DNA from: a virus
Virus record (IMG/VR): IMGVR_UViG_3300045988_039851
DNA: 58,579 nt
Strand: one strand, 5' to 3'
Shown here: positions 51,931-58,579 of the stretch, piece by piece
Position numbering within the stretch: position 1 is the first letter of the stretch
Layout: every line of letters begins with the position of its first letter
Translations under genes and position numbers: made by a program
The notes under the pieces: generated by a model
Databases searched by the model: none
The model's input: only the letters and a program-made list of their open reading frames with translations
Told to the model about the DNA's origin: nothing

Positions 51931-52209
51931 CTCAAAAATTTTTGTGATGCCTTTCAGCCGGTAGCCTACCGCCGTCCGACTGTAATGTGTCTGTGCTGCA
52001 ATATCCGGCAGCGGGAGCCGCTCCACGTACCGTAAAAGAGCTATCTTTCGGTCTACCCTCCCAAGCGGTGCGTTTTTGATGGCTGCGGTCATCTGCTGTC
52101 GGTCAAGTCCTTGCAGCGCAGCGGGCAGCACTACGCGAGCCGCCGCCACGGGCAGCACCGAGCCAAAAAGGCTGCGGTAACTGTCCTGCGTTGCGTACCA
52201 TTTTGCCAA
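51928..52209 (-). CDS. Sigma-70 region-4-like HTH protein (late-activator-like), TTG start in the track
   Basis: Motif RVDRKIALLRYVERLPLPDIAAQTHYSRTAVGYRLKG. There is no clear RBS at the TTG. Confidence 0.45.
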   Translation of the reverse strand: MAKWYATQDSYRSLFGSVLPVAAARVVLPAALQGLDRQQMTAAIKNAPLGRVDRKIALLRYVERLPLPDIAAQTHYSRTAVGYRLKGITKIFE

Positions 52210-52321
52210 TGCTGGCGAAACGGTGACATTTTGTCACCATTTTCGTAATGTCACGAAATTGCTCTTGTGCGGCGTACATTTTGTTGGTGTCAACAAAATG
52301 CTCGTATGTAGTGCTTGCCAT
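52103..52321 (-). CDS. ORF with a strong RBS overlapping the sigma-like ORF in another frame
   Basis: ATG at 52321 follows AAGGAGG. Only about the first 35 codons look protein-like, and the ORF contains three dyads. Confidence 0.3.
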   Translation of the reverse strand: MASTTYEHFVDTNKMYAAQEQFRDITKMVTKCHRFASIGKMVRNAGQLPQPFWLGAARGGGSRSAARCAART

Positions 52322-52331
52322 GATAACCTCC

Positions 52332-52670
52332 TTACTGCTTTTGCAATGCCTTCCGCATCTGGTCGAAGAAAAATTGAATGACCTTGCTCATGGTTTCCTC
52401 GGTGATAGCCCAGCTGACCAGCTTGCCCCATCGGCTATTGTCCAGATAGTGGCGCAGCATCTTGACGCACCACGCCTTGCGTTCTGCGCCGCGCTTGGTG
52501 CCCTGAATCTCCCGCTCTGCCTGAGTGATAAGGTTGAGCACCAGATTTTTGACTGCCGCGCCATAGCCCAGACGGATGCCGCCGATGGCGTAGAAGACGA
52601 GTCCGCCCAGCATCAGGATGACGGCCACAGGAACAGGAATGATGCTCAAAATTTCATTGATTGCTTCCAT
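52332..52670 (-). CDS. Holin-like membrane protein
   Basis: 112 aa with an N-terminal TM segment ILSIIPVPVAVILMLGGLVFYAIGG. Lies downstream of the endolysin. Confidence 0.55.
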   Translation of the reverse strand: MEAINEILSIIPVPVAVILMLGGLVFYAIGGIRLGYGAAVKNLVLNLITQAEREIQGTKRGAERKAWCVKMLRHYLDNSRWGKLVSWAITEETMSKVIQFFFDQMRKALQKQ

Positions 52671-53043
52671 GATTGGTAACTCCTTTCAAAAGATAATTGT
52701 CGATGCTAGCCTTGCTTTTCTGCATCCCTTCGTGATTGTCCCCGGAGAGCTGAGCGTCCAGCAGATTTCGCACACCATCAAGGGCCAAGCAAATCTCTTC
52801 GTCGATCGCGTCGAAGCGGGTGAGGTCGCGTTTTAAGGCCGCTGCGTGCTGAGACGAAATGCTTTCGACTGCGCCCAGCCGTTGCTCGATAGCGTCAAGC
52901 CGCTGGTTTTGCGCGGCGTCGGGTGCCTGCGCCTTTTTGATATACTTGTGGATGATGTCCAGCACCTTGTCCAGCGTGACCGCTCCTGCACACACGCTGC
53001 CAACAACCCCCAGCACCCACAAAAGAGCCTGCTCTTTAGTCAT
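52654..53043 (-). CDS. Membrane-anchored lysis-associated protein (holin/spanin-like position)
   Basis: 129 aa with an N-terminal TM segment LLWVLGVVGSVCAGAV, then a coiled coil. Overlaps the endolysin stop by 4 nt. Confidence 0.45.
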   Translation of the reverse strand: MTKEQALLWVLGVVGSVCAGAVTLDKVLDIIHKYIKKAQAPDAAQNQRLDAIEQRLGAVESISSQHAAALKRDLTRFDAIDEEICLALDGVRNLLDAQLSGDNHEGMQKSKASIDNYLLKGVTNHGSNQ

Positions 53044-53840
53044 GCGCCCTCCCGGAGACGGGTCAGACCCTTCTTTCTGATGATACGGGGGTAGTTGAGG
53101 GTGGTCACGTTGAGGTCTACGTTGCCGGAGATGCCCGGCACGCTGCCCTTGCTGGTGTGCTGGTGCGCATTGTACTTAAAGCTCACTTTGGGGGCCTTTC
53201 CGGTGTAATCGGCCAGCCAGACGTCGTAAGGCTTGAGCGCTGCGCCGCCCATATAAAGGCGGGAGTTGGCAAAACTGGTATAGGTGTAGAGCTGAGCGTA
53301 AAAGCCCATCGCCTCGATACGAGCCAGTGCATAAGCCGTCAGGTCGGTGAGGGCCTGCTTGCCCAGTTGCTTGAACTTATTGTCCTCTACGTCTACAGCC
53401 ACCGGAAGGGTCAGCTCTTTCCCCCGCAGAGCTTCGGACAGAAGGGCCAGCTCCTTATCTGCACCGGTGCGGCTGATGGCGTAGGTGTAGTAGTAGACGC
53501 CCACGTCCAGCCCAGCAGCCCGGGCGTTGCGGTAGTTATCCTCAAAGGTTGGGTCGATATACAGGCCGTCTGCCCGCTTGGAGAACTTTTTGTTGGTGGA
53601 TACCGTCTTGAGCATGACGCCCTTGTAGCCAGCCGCTTTGACCTTGCGCCAGCCGTCGAGGGTGATTTTGCCCTGATACCGGCTCACGTCGATGTACCGG
53701 TAGGGCGGATCGCCCTCCCAGCCGGGAGGAGCGGAGGCTTTGGTGTCCACGGTGGACGCCTTAGGAGAGGCATCTGCGGAGGGATGGGAAGGGCCAAAAA
53801 TGCCCGCGAGAAGGTTGCTCAAAAACTCAAGAAAGCTCAT
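53040..53840 (-). CDS. Endolysin, GH25 muramidase-like
   Basis: Motifs YIDVSRYQGKITLDGWRKVKAAGYKGVMLK and AAGLDVGVYYYTYA. Confidence 0.8.
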   Translation of the reverse strand: MSFLEFLSNLLAGIFGPSHPSADASPKASTVDTKASAPPGWEGDPPYRYIDVSRYQGKITLDGWRKVKAAGYKGVMLKTVSTNKKFSKRADGLYIDPTFEDNYRNARAAGLDVGVYYYTYAISRTGADKELALLSEALRGKELTLPVAVDVEDNKFKQLGKQALTDLTAYALARIEAMGFYAQLYTYTSFANSRLYMGGAALKPYDVWLADYTGKAPKVSFKYNAHQHTSKGSVPGISGNVDLNVTTLNYPRIIRKKGLTRLREGA

Positions 53841-53856
53841 ACAACCACGTCCTTCC

Positions 53857-54060
53857 TCAGGCGTTGCTTTCGCCTACGATTTCCTCAAACCCGCTCTTGA
53901 TGAGAATGCCCTTCACCTTCGGCTTCAGCAGACGAGGGCAGCGCTCATACAGAGCCTTTGCCTCCTCCACAGTCTCAGCGGACATGATCTCCTGTGCCCA
54001 TAACATAGCCATCATAAGTACCATCCTTTCGATTTTTTGTGTGATTTTATGCATAGACAA
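53857..54060 (-). CDS. Small XkdX-like tail/lysis-adjacent protein
   Basis: 67 aa between the fibre and lysis genes. Confidence 0.45.
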   Translation of the reverse strand: MSMHKITQKIERMVLMMAMLWAQEIMSAETVEEAKALYERCPRLLKPKVKGILIKSGFEEIVGESNA

Positions 54061-54379
54061 TCTCCGACATTTCCATCAGACATTGTGTAAGCATCTCGTT
54101 CTTTCCCTGAAGCTCTGCGATTTTCTCGGCGTCAGTCTTCTCGACAGGCTCCGCCCAATCCAGATACTTTTCGGGAGCAGCCGTGACCTTTTCGAGGTCG
54201 ATTTTGCTCTCATCAGCCACGATTTCCCGGTAGTCGCACTCCCACACCTGCTGCGCAGGCTGCGATTCGTCATACTGCCGCTCCGTCCACTGGCCGTTGA
54301 CACAGATAAAGATATACAGCGTATGGCCGTCACGTACAGACCGGGCGGCGGGCTGCTCTGCATCGAAACTTGCTTTCAT
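54047..54379 (-). CDS. Hypothetical tail-fibre-adjacent protein
   Basis: ATG at 54379 follows AAAGGAG; 110 aa. Confidence 0.5.
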   Translation of the reverse strand: MKASFDAEQPAARSVRDGHTLYIFICVNGQWTERQYDESQPAQQVWECDYREIVADESKIDLEKVTAAPEKYLDWAEPVEKTDAEKIAELQGKNEMLTQCLMEMSEIVYA

Positions 54380-54480
54380 GTGCAACAACTCCTTTCGTTT
54401 TATAGCTGTCTCATGCCGCCTTGCTTTCAGTGGGGCTTCCCCCCTCTGCCGCAAGCGGCATTCACCCCCGGCGCAAGGTG

Positions 54481-56703
54481 TCAATCGGCGGCCAAGAAAT
54501 TCCAGTACCCGCCCCCAAGCGCGGACCAGCAATACACATACGAAGCGCCAGCAATCGACCAGTACCCGAGACCCCCGCCTTGCAAGTATTCGCGCAGGGT
54601 GTTCTTGCTTGCGTTTCCACCACCATAGACGCGGTCGCCGACACCTGTTTTATCTCCGGAGCCTCGCGTTGCGGGCCATGTTACGCAGGTCTCGGGGTCA
54701 AAGCCGATGTCTCCAATCCACCAGTCGTCCGCGGGAAAGTTGCCGACCTTTTTATACTTCGCCAGAATCTCCGCATCAGTCTTGGCATGCGCTATGCCAG
54801 CAGGACAGACATATACGTCCTTGCCGTTGCTGTCGTCAAAGGCGAGCGCCATATCGCTGATCGTTTCATGGCCGCCCACGGCGTACTCGATGCCCTGCAC
54901 GCGATAGGGGTGCTTAAAATCCGTATTGCTGCCGGGACTGCCATCATGGTGGCCGATGACCGCGTCCGTTGTGCCGCTATGCCAGTGCATCGTAGACAGA
55001 GTGATAGGTGCGTTCAGGGTGTCAGACAAGGAGACGGGCATGGTATCAAAAGCGTCGCAGTCCAGATACACAGCACTGGTCGTATCATCGATGGGTTCAA
55101 TCTTGAGAATTTCGGCTTCGTCTGCATACTGATGGATAGTCGAAAAACCACGGTCATTATTGACAGTGCCGTCGCTGCCCTTAAAACCGTATCCAACAGA
55201 AACCCGGCTCCCAACCAGCAAGCTTTTTGCCTGCGCCGCTGTGACAGGGAAGTAGGTCAGCTTCTCGCTTCGCTGTACAGCCGCGGGATACTGGAAATCA
55301 TAGCCCGTGCATCCTGCGTACTTTTCCTGACTGGACTTCACAGCGCACTTGATGGAATTGAACAGAATTTGCCACGTGGCTCTCTCGCCGCCTGCGCCCT
55401 TATAGCCAGCGCCCTTCTTACCATAGTCTGTAATCAGGCTGTTATACGACTGGTTGCGTGCCGGAACGAGGTCGTACACGCTTCGCAGCAACCCATCCTC
55501 GCCCACGCCACTGAAGAACTTCGAGTGAATGACGTAGGGATATACGGTGTCGCCAGACTTGGCAGCGGCCCACGGGGTAAATCCGTCTCGCGGGGAGTCA
55601 GTGATAGACCACAGGATATAATCCGGGTCGCTGTCGTCCCACTTGACATAAGGAGTCATCTGGATGACGCCAACGTCCACAGTACCAGTCTTGCGGTAAT
55701 TGTCGCTCAGATGCTCGATAGCGGTGGGGTAGGCGTGGCCGGAGGAGTCTCTCCTGTAATTGCAGTTGTACCACTTGAAAAGAGGAATGTCGGCATAATC
55801 ATCACGACCCTCGATGGTGTCGGTAGACGGCTCACACACAAGGCCCGCGTTGTCGTCCAGCTTCTCGCAGTTGACGGTGGGGTTCGTGGCAAAGCGTGGG
55901 ATTTTTACGGTGTAGACCTTTCCAGTGCGGGGGAGCTTAAAGAGCACGTCAACGGCAATATCAATGGCGCTCGCGGTGGGGATGCCAAAGTCCAGCACAG
56001 CATTGTGCTCATCGCCGGAGTTTGTGACGGTCGGAGCGGCACCAGCGTCAAGACCGGTCACAGTACCGACCGCAATGGTGGCAGCAGGGCCAGTCTCACC
56101 GGTGTCTCCTTTTTCGCCCCTGTCACCCTTTTCGCCTTTAAAATTACCACTGGCGATGCCGTCTTTCAGCTCCTGCAAGCTGTCGGAGGCCTGTTGGGCG
56201 CTTGTAGACGCATTACCTGCACTGGTGGCAGCTTCATTGGCTGCGGTCTTTGCGGCTTCTGTGGCGGAATTTACCTGCTCAACGGCTTTGTCCCGGGCAG
56301 CATTGACGGCCTGCGTAGCGGTAGACTGCGTATCGGTCACGGCCTTTACTGCTGCGCTCTTAGCCGCTTCTACGTCGTTGAGGGCGCTGGCCTTGGCCGT
56401 ATCCACCGCAGCGGTCGCGGACGTCTGCTTGACTGCCACAGCCTCCAGCGCATCGGATTTCGCAGAGTCGATTTTGTCCAGCGCGTCAGTGCGGACTTCT
56501 TCGGTCTGCTGCCGGGCGGTTTCAGCCCGGGCCGCTGCGGTTTCAGCATTATCCCGGGCGGTTCCTGCCTGCTGTGCGGCCTGTTCCGAAGCGACGCGGT
56601 TCGCTTCCTGCTCCTTGACCCACTGCTCTTCCGTGCCGGTATACCCGTACTTGACGGCGATCGCGTAGGCACTGTATGGGCCGATTTTCGTTTTCTTGCT
56701 CAT
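54481..56703 (-). CDS. Tail fibre with Ala-rich coiled coil and a short collagen-like segment
   Basis: 740 aa with GEKGDRGEKGDTGETGP and long A/T/S/E heptad-like repeats. Confidence 0.8.
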   Translation of the reverse strand: MSKKTKIGPYSAYAIAVKYGYTGTEEQWVKEQEANRVASEQAAQQAGTARDNAETAAARAETARQQTEEVRTDALDKIDSAKSDALEAVAVKQTSATAAVDTAKASALNDVEAAKSAAVKAVTDTQSTATQAVNAARDKAVEQVNSATEAAKTAANEAATSAGNASTSAQQASDSLQELKDGIASGNFKGEKGDRGEKGDTGETGPAATIAVGTVTGLDAGAAPTVTNSGDEHNAVLDFGIPTASAIDIAVDVLFKLPRTGKVYTVKIPRFATNPTVNCEKLDDNAGLVCEPSTDTIEGRDDYADIPLFKWYNCNYRRDSSGHAYPTAIEHLSDNYRKTGTVDVGVIQMTPYVKWDDSDPDYILWSITDSPRDGFTPWAAAKSGDTVYPYVIHSKFFSGVGEDGLLRSVYDLVPARNQSYNSLITDYGKKGAGYKGAGGERATWQILFNSIKCAVKSSQEKYAGCTGYDFQYPAAVQRSEKLTYFPVTAAQAKSLLVGSRVSVGYGFKGSDGTVNNDRGFSTIHQYADEAEILKIEPIDDTTSAVYLDCDAFDTMPVSLSDTLNAPITLSTMHWHSGTTDAVIGHHDGSPGSNTDFKHPYRVQGIEYAVGGHETISDMALAFDDSNGKDVYVCPAGIAHAKTDAEILAKYKKVGNFPADDWWIGDIGFDPETCVTWPATRGSGDKTGVGDRVYGGGNASKNTLREYLQGGGLGYWSIAGASYVYCWSALGGGYWNFLAAD

Positions 56704-57431
56704 TTATATACCGCCTCCAAATTGCCCTGACCGTCATCCTGCAAGGTGACGTCATCGGTCAGGTTATCTGATACCACAAGCGACAGAGTGCCGCTGTTGT
56801 CATCGTCTTCCAGATACAAAAAGCCTTTGTTCTCTGCTGCCTGTGCGGCAAGCTCTGCCTGACGAGTGGCTTCGGCGGCGCTGGTAGCGGAGGACCGGGC
56901 GTTTTTCTCGGCGTTCTCCGCGCTTACCAATGCCGACGCCGCGCTCGCTGCCGCTTCATCGGCAGATGTTATTGCCCGCTCTGCCGCGTCCAGCGCTTCC
57001 GTTTTGGACTGCTCCGCCGATGCTGCCGATTCCTTCACGGCATCCACAAAAGCCTGCCATGCGGGTGTTCCCGGTTCCGGCTCTGTGCCGTCCTCCGTGC
57101 CGGAGTTTGCGGCCACCCTGTAGCGCAGGTCAGCGCTGGTCACGGTCTTGGTGCCGTCGCTGCCCTCAAAGGTGATGCAGCCATTGCCGGGCTGTGCGGT
57201 CACGCTGGCAGGTACATCCACATAGCCGTCCACAACCAGCGAGGAAAGCGGGTCTTTGCCGTCCGGGACGTGCCAGAAGCAGCGGATAGCCAGCCCTTCC
57301 CACTCACCGGAAGCGGTGACAGCAAGGCGGTACACGCCTCGGTTCTTAGTGTAGCCGAAGCGCAGCATCTGCTCATAGCCTGCCAGCTTTGCAGCGCCGT
57401 TGGAGGCAAGAGATACGCTAAGTTCGATCAT
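56700..57431 (-). CDS. Tail fibre/baseplate-associated protein with an Ala-rich coiled coil
   Basis: 243 aa with a 4-nt overlap to the next gene. Confidence 0.6.
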   Translation of the reverse strand: MIELSVSLASNGAAKLAGYEQMLRFGYTKNRGVYRLAVTASGEWEGLAIRCFWHVPDGKDPLSSLVVDGYVDVPASVTAQPGNGCITFEGSDGTKTVTSADLRYRVAANSGTEDGTEPEPGTPAWQAFVDAVKESAASAEQSKTEALDAAERAITSADEAAASAASALVSAENAEKNARSSATSAAEATRQAELAAQAAENKGFLYLEDDDNSGTLSLVVSDNLTDDVTLQDDGQGNLEAVYK

Positions 57432-57446
57432 AAGCGCGCTCCTCTC

Positions 57447-57806
57447 TTATGCGGTATAAGGCTCGCCGGTGACGTTTTCGTACTCCGCAGCAGTCAAGCG
57501 CTGACGCTCCACCAGCAGTTTGACCATGTCTTTGTTCCAGTGGCCAGCGGTGTATGCGTCCTTGGGGGTGACGCTGCTTTCGATGGGCACGCCATCAAGA
57601 AGACACAGATACTCCATCAGTGAGGCGGTTTTTGCGGTGTCGGCATCGTTGTTTAGAAAAAGAGAATTGAACGTATCCGCGTTCATTGGCGTGCCTTCAA
57701 CGATAGGCTTGTCGTTACGGACGAGAGTGACAACCTCTGATGTGCCATCAGATTTTATCATAGTCCAACGCCCGGGATATTTTGCCTTTCGGTCAACAAA
57801 GCGCAT
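57447..57806 (-). CDS. Tail-associated hypothetical protein
   Basis: 119-aa ORF. Confidence 0.55.
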   Translation of the reverse strand: MRFVDRKAKYPGRWTMIKSDGTSEVVTLVRNDKPIVEGTPMNADTFNSLFLNNDADTAKTASLMEYLCLLDGVPIESSVTPKDAYTAGHWNKDMVKLLVERQRLTAAEYENVTGEPYTA

Positions 57807-58579
57807 TAGGGTTCACCTCCACATATAAGCTCAGAACAATAGATTAAATGGTCTTTAGCCATCGCTTCAATATCAAACAAAACCTTTTCCAATTGATTGA
57901 CAATCGAAAAACGATAGCTGAAGCTTCCCGGCGTTTCAGGGGTGGAACTTTTTCCGCTGCATTTTGAACGAATGGAGGATATGTTGCTCAGCCATCTAGT
58001 GCAGTCATCAGTAGTCAAGTAGTCATCTACACCCCAGACTGCTTCCGTAGACTCAATGACCGTAGCAGTGCCAGAGAAGAGAATCTTGCTGTCTCCATCG
58101 TAGTAAGCGCTAGCGTTGGTGACGTCGATAAAATCGTTCTCCACCACCCACCCGGGTTCCACCGAAGGCGGATAGAAGTTGTTGACGGCGGACATATACA
58201 GCTGATACTCCACGCCCTTTTCGAGTGGAAGGTCTCCCATGTCAAGGGTCACGTCGTTGTAGCCCCGGATAAGCTCCAGTGAGAGATCCACCAGTCGGGT
58301 TTGGTCAGCCGCCTTGCGCAAGATGGCCCGGCTTTTTCCGGCCACAAACCCCTTGATGCGGAAGGACATCGAGTGGAGCAACAAACCGGACTTTTTGGCG
58401 GTCAGCGGCACAAAGAACTCGGCGTGGGAGGGGTAGGCGTCCCACGATGGGATATCGCCGTTTTGGTTTCTCGCTGTAACAACTTCTACTTTTTTTTGAA
58501 CAATTCTTGCAGAATAATCTGCGCCAACGATTTCGGCAAGCTCCTTGATTCCGTTTTCGATGCGGTTGTAATCGGTGTA
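57806..58579 (-). CDS. C-terminal segment of the junction-spanning tail-fibre-like gene (start codon at 226)
   Basis: The frame stays open upstream of the track Met at 58411 to the window end, and continues in phase into 1-226. Confidence 0.8.
   Translation of the reverse strand, partial: YTDYNRIENGIKELAEIVGADYSARIVQKKVEVVTARNQNGDIPSWDAYPSHAEFFVPLTAKKSGLLLHSMSFRIKGFVAGKSRAILRKAADQTRLVDLSLELIRGYNDVTLDMGDLPLEKGVEYQLYMSAVNNFYPPSVEPGWVVENDFIDVTNASAYYDGDSKILFSGTATVIESTEAVWGVDDYLTTDDCTRWLSNISSIRSKCSGKSSTPETPGSFSYRFSIVNQLEKVLFDIEAMAKDHLIYCSELICGGEP
58489..58579. repeat. Terminal direct repeat, copy 2 (identical to 1-91)
   Basis: 91/91 nt identity, read directly. Confidence 0.95.

Noticed and set aside
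54421-56730. 769-aa plus-strand ORF (with similar long ORFs at 49874-50989, 13050-14042, 10389-11270 and 32101-33108)
   Set aside because: These are antisense shadows of well-supported minus-strand genes (tail fibre, 290-aa cargo gene, portal, capsid, terS region). They have low-complexity Arg/Ala/Gly-rich translations, no RBS, and opposite-strand genes with clear motifs.

Overview
The window is a closed circular element. Its first 91 nt recur exactly at its end, giving a unique length of 58,488 bp, and one tail-fibre-like gene reads across the junction. It is a siphovirus-type tailed-phage genome, almost all on the minus strand. The late module has large terminase, portal, scaffold, capsid, connectors, major tail protein, a G/T chaperone pair with an A_AAA_AAC -1 slippery site, a 1305-aa tape measure, fibres, a GH25-type endolysin and holin-like genes. 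The long early operon has Rha-like, AAA_24/Sak4-like, DUF669-like, RecU-like, DnaB and replisome-organizer-like genes plus many small Zn-finger ORFs. A plus-strand plasmid-maintenance block carries XRE regulators, a 21-23 bp iteron origin with a Rep_3/RepB-like initiator, a ParA ATPase and an RHH protein. I found no integrase or transposase, so this is most likely a phage-plasmid. The gene families suggest a Firmicutes/Clostridia-like host, but that is inference. The items most worth following up are listed here. (1) A 1.6-kb ORF-free tract between convergent operons holds 11 exact and at least 8 near copies of ATAGTCG, all on one strand. (2) An AGC/AAGCC motif is phased every 10 bp in all three codon phases inside the RHH gene next to parA. 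(3) TGCAT-type boxes are shared by three loci, including a phased array inside the replication gene. (4) A five-gene cargo island with its own terminator and leader encodes Cys-rich, Gly/Asn-rich and Pro/Gln-rich proteins. (5) A tRNA/ncRNA island sits between terminase and portal, with an initiator-like tRNA(CAU) and a degenerate tRNA-like element. (6) A small-terminase-like gene lies 16 kb from terL. (7) A RAMP-like 207-aa protein sits in the recombination module. All family names come from motif recognition by eye; no database search was run.
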